This document shows positions 1 to 10,670 of a stretch of DNA of 64,000 nt, piece by piece (within the stretch, counting starts at the first letter, position 1; every line of letters starts with the position of its first letter). The position numbers and the translations under genes are program-made. Origin of the DNA: a virus (Duplodnaviria; Caudoviricetes); IMG/VR virus record IMGVR_UViG_3300043120_000039, positions 1 to 64,000 of that record; one strand, given 5' to 3'. The notes beneath the pieces were generated by a model. The model did no database searches, was not told where the DNA came from, and saw only the letters and a list, made by a program, of their open reading frames with translations.

Positions 1-479
1 TTGCAAAGATTCATAACGATGTACATTGTCATCAATCCACTTTAATTCAGACTGCGGATGTGGTAAAGGTTTGGTGGGTTTCATAAAAGTGTACCAATTA
101 ATACGAAAATACAGCCATACCACAGAGAATCTAAAACTTTCCCTAAATCTGATTGAGTATACCTTCCGGTAAACAAACTCATAAATCTAGCAAAAGTATT
201 TCCCAGTCCTAGCACAATACCATAACCAGTAACATAAATACTTAAAATAACTTGGTAAAGTTCCAATGAGTATCCGTATAAAGTAATCATAAATTTTCTC
301 CAATCAATGTTCGTTTAACAAGGTTAATCTTACCAAACAGAAGATGGTTGTCAACAAAAGATTTCAACTTTTTTGAAAATAATTTCTTTGTCAGGGATAA
401 GATTTTTGGCTTGACAAGATAATGTTGTGTGGTAGAGTGTAGGTATTGAAACAAAGTTTAACTTTAAAAGGTGATTGAA

Positions 480-1283
480 ATGGCACATGATATTGATAAA
501 TTTAAAGATTTTAATGAAAATTACTTAATTGAAAGATATAAACATAAAAAGGAACAATGTAAGAAGCGTCTTATCCCTTTTGAGTTTACTATTACACAAT
601 GGTTAGAATTTCATAAAATCTTATACTCTGGAGTAAAGTGTGCCTACCTTAATCAAGAATTTATCTTTGATCCTAAACATTGTCAATTTCCTACTATTGA
701 AAGACTGAGTGATATTAAAGGTTACTCCGTACATAATTGTGTATGGGTTTGTGATAGAGCTAATACTATCAAAGACCAAGTAGTAAAAGGTAAGAAATCT
801 GAAGAGTTTGAAAATGGATTGAAGAACTTTGCTAAAAGGATTGAGAAAATTGTAGCTAACAAAGAACTTATTGAAATCATACAAGAACCCTATAAACAAC
901 TCTTTACCTTAGAACAAGGAGAATATACTTTGGAACAAAACATTATCACTACCTCAAACAACTCTGAAATTATGATTGCTCAACTTTATGCAGGATTTGG
1001 TAACTTTATTGAAGATAAATGTGCAAGCACTTACAACTTGAGTTATAATGATTACAAGAAACTTATCTCTCGTAAGAAATGTCAACTTACTGGACGTCAA
1101 CTTCCAAAGGATTTGTCACAAATTGGATTGTTTGTCGTTGATAAAAGTCAAGATGTTTCCAAAGAGAATGTTCTTGTGACAAGCAAAGACGTCCAGAATG
1201 CTTTGGATACAATGATTGTGTCAAGTAAATTAAGCTTGAAAGAATTGAAAACTTTGTGTAATGTTATTGGTAAAGGTAAATAA
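480..1283 (+). CDS. Hypothetical protein with two tandem HNH-like/Srd-like modules
   Basis: Motif CAY..F...TIERL...GY...NCVWVC..AN..K, plus a degenerate second copy in the C-terminal half; TTGACA promoter upstream at about 410. Confidence 0.5.
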   Translation: MAHDIDKFKDFNENYLIERYKHKKEQCKKRLIPFEFTITQWLEFHKILYSGVKCAYLNQEFIFDPKHCQFPTIERLSDIKGYSVHNCVWVCDRANTIKDQVVKGKKSEEFENGLKNFAKRIEKIVANKELIEIIQEPYKQLFTLEQGEYTLEQNIITTSNNSEIMIAQLYAGFGNFIEDKCASTYNLSYNDYKKLISRKKCQLTGRQLPKDLSQIGLFVVDKSQDVSKENVLVTSKDVQNALDTMIVSSKLSLKELKTLCNVIGKGK

Positions 1284-1294
1284 GGAGAAACACA

Positions 1295-1774
1295 ATGAAC
1301 CACATTTACAGTCAATGTGCAATCTTAACGAGTTATCCACCATCACATTTGTTCACAGAAGAATCAACAAGGACTCCTGCTGTCAAGAAAGCTGAACCAC
1401 GTTGTGTGAAATTGGTAGATAAATATTATAGGATTGATTCTGGTGTGCACCAATGCATCAGAAACCTTCTACATGACATCAGGGCAAGTCTTATGCTTAT
1501 GTGCAATACAACTGCATTAGAAGATACTTTCACCTCGTGTGGACGCTTACAGGCAAGATTTGAAGCACACCGAAAAATAATCAATGACCTTGTGAAAAGT
1601 GAGCCTCTTTTGAAAGAATACTATTCCTTGTTGCAAAAGGCTGATTGGTTTGGTACAATCTTAGTAGAAGTATTAAGTATTGCAGAAAAGTATAATTTTG
1701 AAGTAGATGTACAAGCTTGCAAGAAGATTTACTTTGACGCAATGAAAGATGAACAAGAGCAATTGAAAGGATAA
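1295..1774 (+). CDS. Hypothetical phage protein
   Basis: 159-aa ORF with AGGAG RBS, tightly packed. Confidence 0.6.
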   Translation: MNHIYSQCAILTSYPPSHLFTEESTRTPAVKKAEPRCVKLVDKYYRIDSGVHQCIRNLLHDIRASLMLMCNTTALEDTFTSCGRLQARFEAHRKIINDLVKSEPLLKEYYSLLQKADWFGTILVEVLSIAEKYNFEVDVQACKKIYFDAMKDEQEQLKG

Positions 1775-1975
1775 TAATATGTGTAAAGGAAAGATTTGTC
1801 CAAACTTTGATAGTTGTAAATGTAACACTTCTGAGATAGATTACACCTCAGAGAAGTACAAAGATTTGATTCCATCAACAACAAGTCCTCATTGGAAGGG
1901 TAACAGTGTTGAAGAGGAAGGATCAGTTGTACAAGGTGATATAATTTTTAATTTGTTTATTGGAGATTAAATTTG

Positions 1976-2326
1976 ATGACACAAAACTATAATTTTAAAG
2001 ACGGTTACCATTTGACAGAAATCTCACCTTTTGAACACGAAGTAAGTGGAGTAAAGTATCTTGTTGAAGCAACTGTACTTTTTGCACCAAAGGTTAAAAA
2101 TCCTCAAACTCGTGATGACTTTTACGAAGATTTCAGTGTTGAAGAAATTTATATTTGTGATACAATGGGAAATGATTTCACAGATACTATTGTGATTGAA
2201 GATGATGTGCTTCGTAAACAAATGTTCTTTGAGGAAGAGCATAAATTGGTGCAGGATTTGTCTGGTTTGACAATGAAACATATTGCTGATGAACGTTGGT
2301 TCTATGATGAAAATAATTTGATGTGA
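1976..2326 (+). CDS. Hypothetical acidic phage protein
   Basis: ORF in packed + strand operon with GGAG RBS. Confidence 0.5.
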   Translation: MTQNYNFKDGYHLTEISPFEHEVSGVKYLVEATVLFAPKVKNPQTRDDFYEDFSVEEIYICDTMGNDFTDTIVIEDDVLRKQMFFEEEHKLVQDLSGLTMKHIADERWFYDENNLM

Positions 2327-2333
2327 GGATGGT

Positions 2334-2654
2334 GTGGTTATGAGTACAACATATACTTTTAATGTTACAGAGAAACGAGAAGTTGTGGTAGAGGAAACTG
2401 TTGTGGAAAAGACACTTACATTACCTTGTTACATGAAATCGGACTTTTTTGAAAGTGGTAAAGAATATGTAAGAGTTGATGAGGATTTTAATGTTGTTAT
2501 CATCTCAGTTGACCATGATAAAGTAGAAACTATCAATTTTGATAAATGGTATGATATTGAGGTAACCTATTTATCACTACAAGATTATGATAAATTGTCT
2601 AACAAAGAAGAATTTGAATATTACCTAGATAAAGCTAAGGGGATTTTGGGATGA
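2334..2654 (+). CDS. Hypothetical phage protein
   Basis: ORF overlapping the next gene via ATGA. Confidence 0.5.
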   Translation: MVMSTTYTFNVTEKREVVVEETVVEKTLTLPCYMKSDFFESGKEYVRVDEDFNVVIISVDHDKVETINFDKWYDIEVTYLSLQDYDKLSNKEEFEYYLDKAKGILG

Positions 2655-3075
2655 AAAACAATCGTAAAATTGAAGTTGGTCAAATGCGAGAGATTAAGAG
2701 CTGTTGCCAAAAGTATGTTATTCTTTGGCTTAATGATACCTTGGTAAAAGTTTTAATCTTGAATGGTGAAGATTATGGAAAAACATTTTATTGGAATCTT
2801 AAGTTTATCAACGAAGATATCGTTGTAATGTGAGGTATATTATGACAAAAGTTGAACTTGCGAAGATGATTGGTCTTACTTGTGATACTTGGAATCGTGT
2901 CCTCAAAGTAGATAAATGGCAGATAGAAGACCTTTTGCAGCACGAATATGAATGGATTGAGCAAACATTTTGTAATGGAAAAATTAGAGTTTGTGTGCAG
3001 CAAAAAGATTTAGCAAAAGATTCATAATGCTGCAATGATGCTAGGTTGAGGAAGGATTAATGTTGCAAACGAAGT

Positions 3076-3549
3076 TTGAAGGAGGTTGGTTTGGGTGAGG
3101 TTGTTACCATCTACACAGATGGGAGTGCTTTAGGTAATGGTAAGAAAGATGCTTGTTGTGGAGCTGGTGTCGTTCTTATCTTTGGTGAGACAGTGAAAGA
3201 GCTTAGTATACCTTTGCCGAATTACACTACTAATAATCAGGCAGAGCTATATGCATCAATTGCAGGTTTGGATGCTCTGAAACGCCCTTGTAAAGTAATC
3301 CTATACACAGATTCAAGTTATGTCCAACAAGGTATTACAACTTGGATGCGAGGCTGGAAAAGACGTAATTGGATGACAGCAAATAAAGGCGCTGTTAAGA
3401 ATAAAGATCTTTGGCAACAATTAGATTTATTAGTTCAACAACATGATGTAGAGTTCCGTTGGGTAAAAGGTCACAATGGTGATAAGTGGAACTCTAAAGC
3501 TGATGAATTGGCTGTTGCAGCGAGTTATAGTTTGAAGGAGGGTAAATGA
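3076..3549 (+). CDS. rnhA: Ribonuclease HI
   Basis: YTDGS, TNNQAEL, YTDSSYV, WVKGH and ADELA motifs; true start probably slightly downstream. Confidence 0.95.
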   Translation: MKEVGLGEVVTIYTDGSALGNGKKDACCGAGVVLIFGETVKELSIPLPNYTTNNQAELYASIAGLDALKRPCKVILYTDSSYVQQGITTWMRGWKRRNWMTANKGAVKNKDLWQQLDLLVQQHDVEFRWVKGHNGDKWNSKADELAVAASYSLKEGK

Positions 3550-5411
3550 TTAGTAATAATAAATACCCTGATGGTTATTATAAAAACAGAAAGACTGGGA
3601 GTAACTCTAAAGTGGATAGAAGTTCATATCAAAAACAAGAGACTGTAGAAGAAGTTCTTACTTATCCATGCTTAGCCGTTGAGGAAAGAGGTATTACTCA
3701 GAAGACGGCAGAGAAGTTTGGTGTTCGGACTGCATTGGATACAAAGGATGGTAAGACACCTGTAGCTTATTATTTTCCTTATTATATGGAAGGTAAGATT
3801 GTAGGTTTTAAAAAGCGTGATCTTACTAAGCCTAAACAACAAAAAGCACATTTCACCAGTATCGGTTACCAGTCTGTTAAATGTGATATGTTCGGTATGA
3901 ACGTTGCCAACAAAACTGGTGGTAAAAAAATCTGGGTGACAGAAGGTGAATGGGACTGTCTTATCGTATGGCAAACTCTGAAGAACAAGTATCCTCAAGC
4001 TAACCCCAGTGTCGTATCTATCTCAAACGGCACTGCTGCTGCTGTACTAAATATAGGTCAGAAACAGAATCTTAAGTTTCTTAAAAAGTTCCAAGAGAAT
4101 ATTTTATGTTTTGATAATGATAGGGCTACACCTAAAGAAAAATCAGAGGGTATTAAAAAGGGTGTCGAAGCAACTGCTGAAGTTTATGGTTTGCTACCTG
4201 AAGTCAAAGTAGTACCCTTACCTGAAGATAAAGATCCCTGCGAGACTTTTATTGAACTGGGAGAGGAGCAGTTCTATTGGACTTTAATGAAACCTGTGCA
4301 ATATACACCTGAAGGTTTTGTTAAATATGATGAGATTCGTGAGAAAGCTATAGAACTACCTTCTCTAGGTAAGCCGTGGCCTTGGAAAAGTTTAACTAAA
4401 GTGACACTAGGGCGTAGAGTTGGGGAAGGATACTACTTCGGTGCTGGTGTAAAGATGGGGAAATCTGTTGTTGTAGACACTCTTACTGAACATATTACGA
4501 CTAATGATTTAAATAAACTAGGGGAACCTCAAAAAGTAGCTCTGTTTAAATTTGAGGAGCAACCGGACGAGACTGTTAAAAAAGTAGCTGGTAAATTCTA
4601 TCGTAAAAATTTCTCTGATCCTGAGAAGGTAATCTTTATTGATAAAGAAGGTAATGAAGTTGATATCTGGGGTGAACCCATTCCGAAGCACACAAAACAT
4701 ACCTACTTCACTCACGAGGAACTTATAAATGCTGTAGATAATACAGGTCATAAACTTGTAATGTATAACAACTATGGTAGATGTAATTGGGATGAGTTAA
4801 AAGGTGCTATCCGTCACGCAGTGTTAGTTGAACATATAGAGGATATCTTCATTGATCCTATTACTCGACTGACAGCAGGTATGAGTGCTGCCGAAGCTAA
4901 CACGGAGTTGGAAAGATTTGCGGACGAAATCAGTAAGATGAGTCAAGATTTAGGATTCACATACTACTGTTTTTGTCATTTGAAAGCCCCAGATAAAGGA
5001 CCATCTCATGAATTTGGTGGTAAAATTATGAGTAGTCAGTTCCGAGGTAGTCGTGCTATGATGCAAGCATGTCATTATATGTTTGGTCTTGAAGGTAATA
5101 AAGATCCAGAACAAGATGAGAAAGTAAGAAACACACGCTACTTTTTAGTTTTAGATGATCGTAAGTTTGGGCGTACAGCAAAGATACCTCTATTCTATGA
5201 TACTGATACAGGTATATTCGATGAACCACCAGAAGGGTTTTTAGAAGACCCCGATTGTCAAAGACTTTCTGATTGGGCTGTAAATACACCACCTGTCAGA
5301 GAGAATACCCATGTATCTACTACGTCTGATAATTTAGATTTTATCAGTTTAAGCCATAGTGAAGTTGATGAGATAGATTTTAACGAGGATGAACCATTAC
5401 CTTTTGATTAG
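3546..5411 (+). CDS. T7 gp4-like primase-helicase (TOPRIM + SF4 helicase)
   Basis: TEGEWD, FDND and KDP TOPRIM motifs; GVKMGKS Walker A; FIDP Walker B; HLK and RGS motifs; acidic tail. Confidence 0.9.
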   Translation: MISNNKYPDGYYKNRKTGSNSKVDRSSYQKQETVEEVLTYPCLAVEERGITQKTAEKFGVRTALDTKDGKTPVAYYFPYYMEGKIVGFKKRDLTKPKQQKAHFTSIGYQSVKCDMFGMNVANKTGGKKIWVTEGEWDCLIVWQTLKNKYPQANPSVVSISNGTAAAVLNIGQKQNLKFLKKFQENILCFDNDRATPKEKSEGIKKGVEATAEVYGLLPEVKVVPLPEDKDPCETFIELGEEQFYWTLMKPVQYTPEGFVKYDEIREKAIELPSLGKPWPWKSLTKVTLGRRVGEGYYFGAGVKMGKSVVVDTLTEHITTNDLNKLGEPQKVALFKFEEQPDETVKKVAGKFYRKNFSDPEKVIFIDKEGNEVDIWGEPIPKHTKHTYFTHEELINAVDNTGHKLVMYNNYGRCNWDELKGAIRHAVLVEHIEDIFIDPITRLTAGMSAAEANTELERFADEISKMSQDLGFTYYCFCHLKAPDKGPSHEFGGKIMSSQFRGSRAMMQACHYMFGLEGNKDPEQDEKVRNTRYFLVLDDRKFGRTAKIPLFYDTDTGIFDEPPEGFLEDPDCQRLSDWAVNTPPVRENTHVSTTSDNLDFISLSHSEVDEIDFNEDEPLPFD

Positions 5412-5419
5412 GAGATTTT

Positions 5420-7930
5420 ATGGCTAAGTTTGTTTTTGATATTGAGAGTACAGGATTAGCTAACCACCTATCCATAGATTACTCTAAGGAGGGATACCCC
5501 CTCAAAGATACTTTTAAAATTCACTGTATTGTAGCTCAGGATATTGAGACCTATAATATTTTTGCATTCTATGACGGCGATTACATAGAGGTTATAGATA
5601 AAGTAACAGGTAAGAAATTACCTTATAGACACTTCCAATTGGAAGATTTCAAACGAGTTCTAAAATCTGCCACTTCCCTGATTGGGCACAATATTTTGAA
5701 TTATGATTTACTCGTACTGAAAAAGTTATGGGGTATTGATTACACGGTAGGTGAAACTGAAGGTATCAATGACACAGTTGGAGGTAGGGAGTGTTTTATA
5801 GATGATACCTTAGTTAAAAGTAAGCTCTTGAACCCCGACAGGAAAGGTGGTCATAGTCTATCAAACTTCGGTAAAATCTTAGGTTTCGCTAAAGGTGACT
5901 ATGGAAAAGAACCTAATGCTTGGGATAAGTTCTCTCCTGAAATGTTAGCTTACTGTATAGATGATGTCAGGTTGAATACCAAGGTTCATGAGTACCTCAA
6001 TAGAGAATGGGGAGATTGGGATTGGTCCGATGCTTATAGACTTGAAAAAGCTGTAAAAGAACTAGTGACAAGAGGTGAGCAGAGAGGTTTTTACTTTGAT
6101 AAAGAACTAGCTGAGTGGTGTGAAAATGACTTGAACTCTAAATTGAAAGAGATCGAGGATAAAGTTCACCCTCTCCTACCTCGTAAACCTTTACCTAAGT
6201 CTAAACAACCTAACTTCCCAGCTAACCCTTTTGATAAGGATGGTAATATAGGTCATCATGGGTGGAATTTTCTAGAGAACCAATTAGGTTATAAGGTTAA
6301 CAGGGAAGCTCTAGATATTGTTAAACCTCCTAAGACAGCTTTTAAGAAAGATGGTACTATATCAACGGCTGGTAGGAACTATTGCAGTAAGTTAGGAGTA
6401 TCTAACGAATCAGAAATGCCTGATTTTATTAGGTCGCAGCTAGATAAAGTTAACACTCTTAAACCTTTACCTGATGATATATACGCTCTGGCTGTGAAAG
6501 ATTTGAGAGATGGACGTATGCCTGATCTTACTGTACCAATGCAACTATCAGATCAGAAAGAGTTAAAGGAGTACCTAGTAACTCTGGGTTGGAATCCTCA
6601 AGTGTGGTCAGAAGAGGATTTACGCCTTGACAAGAAAACTAAAAAACCAGTATCTAGAGAGCAGTATGAATCAAGGGTTGACAGGTACGTTAAAGAGACT
6701 TTAGAAAGCCCATTCTGTAAGTTTAGATGTGAGTATCTAAAGTGTACACCTGAGACTCTACGTAAGACACTTATGGATCATGATATTAGTAAACCGCTTA
6801 AGAGGTATGGTAGCCCTAAATACACTATTAACGATGATAAGGACATTGACCCTAACCTACTTAAATTAGGGGATCAGGTATCTTGGGTTAAAGATGTTGT
6901 AATGTGGTTAACTTATAGACACAGACGTAATGCTATCCATTCTCCACCAAACGCCAGTAAAAAGGAATGGAGTGGTTGGTTAGCTAATCCAAGAATATCT
7001 GTAGATAATAGGATACCTACCCCTGCTGACACTTGCGGCGCAGCAACAGGACGTTTTACCCACATAGATGTGTGTAACGTCCCTCGTGTAAGTAGTGTGT
7101 ATGGTGAGTACATGAGGTCTTTATTTGGTGTTGACAAGAGTACACATTATCAAATAGGTATGGATTTCGATAGTCTAGAGGCAAAAATAGAGGCTCATTT
7201 TTGTTACCCTTTTAAAGGTGGTAAAGATTATGGTGTAAGCCTAACCGCCGCAAAACCTAATGATATTCACACTGTTAATGCTATGAAAATGGGTGTTGAG
7301 CGAGATACAGCTAAAACTTTTAAATATGCTTGTAGCTATGGAGCACAACCACCTAAACTTGCAAAGCAAATGAACTGGGATCTAGGTAAGGCTAAGAAAG
7401 TATTTGAGGACTTCTGGGAGGCTTCATCACCACTTAGAGATTGTATTGAGGGTCTTAAAAGGGAGTGGACAAAAAACAATAAAAAGTTCATCAAGGGTTT
7501 AGATGGTCGTAAACTTTTTGTAAGAAGCCCCCATTCTATAGCTAACATGGCTTTTCAATCTAGTGGTGTAACTTGTGCAAAAAGAGCAGCAGTTTGGTGG
7601 GATAGACAGGTTAAAAATGAAAAGTTATCTGGTGTATCAATGCTTTGCATGTACCATGATGAGCAGCAAACAGAAGATCTTAAAGAGAATGTGAAGTTTA
7701 AGTTGTTTCCAACAAAGGAAGACGCCATATCTTGGAAAAGTCATGTTGAGAAAACTTCTAATAAGCTACTATCGGATGTAGGTCATAAAGGAGATAAATA
7801 TTTTGTGGCTTACTGTAGGTCTGGAGAACTAGCGGCTTTAAGTTGTAAGTATGCGAGTCAATATTATAACCTAAATGTAGAATTAAGTGGTGGTTATATG
7901 ATAGGTCAGAACTGGGCGGATTGTCACTAA
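5420..7930 (+). CDS. Family A DNA polymerase with 3'-5' exonuclease (T7-like)
   Basis: FDIE, GHNILNYD and YCIDDV exonuclease motifs; ATGRF; motif A DFDSLE; motif B KTFKYACSYG; motif C HDE. Confidence 0.95.
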   Translation: MAKFVFDIESTGLANHLSIDYSKEGYPLKDTFKIHCIVAQDIETYNIFAFYDGDYIEVIDKVTGKKLPYRHFQLEDFKRVLKSATSLIGHNILNYDLLVLKKLWGIDYTVGETEGINDTVGGRECFIDDTLVKSKLLNPDRKGGHSLSNFGKILGFAKGDYGKEPNAWDKFSPEMLAYCIDDVRLNTKVHEYLNREWGDWDWSDAYRLEKAVKELVTRGEQRGFYFDKELAEWCENDLNSKLKEIEDKVHPLLPRKPLPKSKQPNFPANPFDKDGNIGHHGWNFLENQLGYKVNREALDIVKPPKTAFKKDGTISTAGRNYCSKLGVSNESEMPDFIRSQLDKVNTLKPLPDDIYALAVKDLRDGRMPDLTVPMQLSDQKELKEYLVTLGWNPQVWSEEDLRLDKKTKKPVSREQYESRVDRYVKETLESPFCKFRCEYLKCTPETLRKTLMDHDISKPLKRYGSPKYTINDDKDIDPNLLKLGDQVSWVKDVVMWLTYRHRRNAIHSPPNASKKEWSGWLANPRISVDNRIPTPADTCGAATGRFTHIDVCNVPRVSSVYGEYMRSLFGVDKSTHYQIGMDFDSLEAKIEAHFCYPFKGGKDYGVSLTAAKPNDIHTVNAMKMGVERDTAKTFKYACSYGAQPPKLAKQMNWDLGKAKKVFEDFWEASSPLRDCIEGLKREWTKNNKKFIKGLDGRKLFVRSPHSIANMAFQSSGVTCAKRAAVWWDRQVKNEKLSGVSMLCMYHDEQQTEDLKENVKFKLFPTKEDAISWKSHVEKTSNKLLSDVGHKGDKYFVAYCRSGELAALSCKYASQYYNLNVELSGGYMIGQNWADCH

Positions 7931-7936
7931 GTAATG

Positions 7937-7966
7937 AAACCCTCTCTCAATTAGGAGAGAGGGTTT
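7937..7966 (+). terminator. Intrinsic terminator hairpin after the polymerase gene
   Basis: AAACCCTCTCTC...GAGAGAGGGTTT inverted repeat. Confidence 0.7.
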
Positions 7967-8026
7967 AAGTTATTGAGAATTATTATCATTTATGGTATAA
8001 TAACTATATAGCAAAAAGAGGTTATT

Positions 8027-8683
8027 ATGTCAATATTAATGGTAGATAATAAAAATAAATCAGGCATCTATACTATAACTAACCCATTCAACAATAAGGT
8101 TTACGTAGGTAAGACTAAATGTTTCTGGAAAAGGTATCACAACTACAAGTATGATTTCAAACACCTCAGAGACAGGAGTATAAACCAATATCTTATGAAC
8201 TCTTTCCTCAAGTATGGTTTTGAGAATTTTAGGTTTGAAGTTAAAGAATTCTGCGATCTGGAAGTTTGTGGTGAAAGGGAGTTGTACTGGATGGATACCC
8301 TTAATACCTGTAACAAAGAATATGGTTATAATCTTAGAAGGGATACAAGCACGGGGATGGTGGTTAGCGAAGTAACATCTAAGAAAATATCTGAGAGGTT
8401 GAAGAAAGAGTGGGCTGAAGGTAAAAGAGACTCCCACTCTGAAAAGTTAAAAGAATCTTGGAAAAGTCGAGATAAGAAGGCTCAAGGGGAAATCTTTTCT
8501 AAACTAAAAACTAAATACTTCTACAATATCGAATACCCAGATGGTACTATATTGAAAGAAATATTATACCAAGAGTTAGTTAGTCTCGGTTTGAAAAATG
8601 TAACAGCTACTTTCCACACTAAGAAAAAGGATAAGGTAGCCTTCAAAGGCTTCATTATAGAGAGGGTAAGATATGATCAATAA
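8027..8683 (+). CDS. Free-standing GIY-YIG homing endonuclease (Seg-like)
   Basis: GIYTITN...VYVG, R..H, E and GYN motifs; basic C-terminal region. Confidence 0.85.
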   Translation: MSILMVDNKNKSGIYTITNPFNNKVYVGKTKCFWKRYHNYKYDFKHLRDRSINQYLMNSFLKYGFENFRFEVKEFCDLEVCGERELYWMDTLNTCNKEYGYNLRRDTSTGMVVSEVTSKKISERLKKEWAEGKRDSHSEKLKESWKSRDKKAQGEIFSKLKTKYFYNIEYPDGTILKEILYQELVSLGLKNVTATFHTKKKDKVAFKGFIIERVRYDQ

Positions 8684-9236
8684 AGCCACCCTTCTCCGCT
8701 ATCTACCTCGCGGAGCAACATACACTGTTCTCAACCATAATCTTCTCATCAAAGTAGGTGATTCTTGGGAAGAAGGCTGCTTATATCAAAATGTAGATTC
8801 CTCTTCAAAACTCTTCGTTCGTCCATACAAAGCCTTCAACATGGATAAATGGGAAATCCTTGAGCAAGAATCATCTCTTCCACAAGAATGACTTTCCAAA
8901 AGTTTAATCTTCTTGTTGACAACATATCTTTCAAGTCATATAATCCTCTTAAATGTTATGTTTAAGAGGATTAATTTTATGTTCACATACAAAATTGTTA
9001 ATGAAGACGTAAGCGTTAAAAATGGTGATTACTATTTTCAAATCGAGACAACTTTCACAGTTTTTGGATGCGAAGTTTATAAAAGCCTAAAGGATGTAAG
9101 ATGTTACAGACATCCAGCAGTAGGTTATCTTCTTACAGATTTGAAAACTGGTAAGAATAGCTTTTTCAATCTTTACAGTCGTGAAATTGCAATTGAAGCA
9201 CAATTAAATAAGTTAGGTTTTAGTACAAAATAACCC

Positions 9237-9262
9237 TTGACACCAAATACCCTTATGATAAT
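9237..9262 (+). promoter_or_regulatory. Sigma70-like promoter, one of many TTGACA-type early promoters
   Basis: TTGACA followed by TGATAAT; similar elements near 410, 8917, 10501, 32618, 34647 and 50029. Confidence 0.55.
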
Positions 9263-9302
9263 ATGTACTCAGATTTAAGATGGATTGATTAGGAGAATGA
9301 TT

Positions 9303-9647
9303 ATGACTATTGAACAAGACCTATTGAAATGTGGTTTCAACCATTGTGAAATGTATGGAACAAAAGAACTTTATGAAAATTGTGATAAATTTTATCAGCT
9401 AATAGTTTGGTCACATGATTGTGACAAGAAATTATACTTTATCAATTGTCATCTTTACGATTACAAAGATTTCCCACAAGCACCTGATTCTTTGAAAGAA
9501 GATTTGCAAGCTATGTTTAAAGTGCAATTTTCTTTTGGTGAAAATGATGTTTTCAATGTGGATTATTCTACACAAAATGTTGAAGATGCTTTACAATTCT
9601 TTGAGAAGATGTATACTTCTATGAATTGCACAGATTATTACGATTAA
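9303..9647 (+). CDS. Hypothetical phage protein
   Basis: ORF with AGGAG RBS after a promoter. Confidence 0.6.
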   Translation: MTIEQDLLKCGFNHCEMYGTKELYENCDKFYQLIVWSHDCDKKLYFINCHLYDYKDFPQAPDSLKEDLQAMFKVQFSFGENDVFNVDYSTQNVEDALQFFEKMYTSMNCTDYYD

Positions 9648-9658
9648 TGAGAATGATT

Positions 9659-10069
9659 ATGACTAAAGGTTTGTTTCTTGATGATGAACGTAATCCCTCT
9701 GATGTAAAGTGGAGTCTTCTAGGAAGCGCTGACTCTTATCCAGAAGGTATTGATTGGAAAGTTGTTCGTAATGTACCAGATTTCATTGACGAGATGGAAA
9801 AAGACATTTATGATTACTACAGCTTTGATCATGACCTACAAGATTTCTGGATGCAACCAAAAGGTACTCTTATTGCACAAACAGCTTTCGGTGATGTGTA
9901 CTCTGAGGAAGATGAACAAGGTGAACGCACAGGTTATCATGCAGCTACTTATCTTAAAGATTACCTGACGTTGTATTTGAAATTTCACCCAATGAAAGGC
10001 TACTTTGTGCATAGTAAGAATCCTATCGGTGCAGAAAAGATTCATAATTTGTTGAAAGGCTTAACCTAA
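9659..10069 (+). CDS. Cyclic-phosphate-processing receiver-like (cREC) domain protein
   Basis: LFLDDER, SFDHDL, TGY and VHSKNP.G motifs. Confidence 0.7.
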   Translation: MTKGLFLDDERNPSDVKWSLLGSADSYPEGIDWKVVRNVPDFIDEMEKDIYDYYSFDHDLQDFWMQPKGTLIAQTAFGDVYSEEDEQGERTGYHAATYLKDYLTLYLKFHPMKGYFVHSKNPIGAEKIHNLLKGLT

Positions 10070-10670
10070 TGCAAACCGTAGCCCACATAACAGCATCCTT
10101 TGCACAAATTGAATATCTTGTCAAAATTATGAGTGTCCCAAGGAGTTGTGGTTTGCAGATTCATAGTATTCTTGGCAAGAAAGATACCTTTGCACTTGTG
10201 TGCAAAAGACATCAACCTTTGTGCAAGAGTATATTGCTTTCAAGCATGAAGTTTGCTAATATTGACAAAAGTAACGTAGAGTCTATTTAAGGAGAAAATA
10301 TGAAAATTAGATCAAAAGTAGATTATTTTGACATCAAGAATGGTGATGTTGTAGAAGTAGTTGAGTTTGTTGAAGCACATACTGAGTCACGCAAAGATGG
10401 TAACGATATTGTGCAACGTACAGATATCTACAAAGTTGTACCTGATGGATCAACAAAAATTCACTATTTACTAAGTGTAGAAGTAGAAGAAATTTAACCA
10501 TTGACACAACAAAACTTTCATGGCAAAATAAGAAATTCCGTAGCACATTTCGTTGTAGAGATACAATATTTTGGAGGAGAGACCAATTAAATAAACTCAG
10601 AACTGTATTGTTCTTTAAACGTTAATCACTTGTCTTGTAAAAGACGTTCAATAAAAGGAAACAAAACTAT

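Noticed and set aside
6150-6900. Intein in the DNA polymerase
   Set aside because: The insert has two short F.KDG repeats but no intein splice motifs; it resembles the thumb insertion of T7-like polymerases
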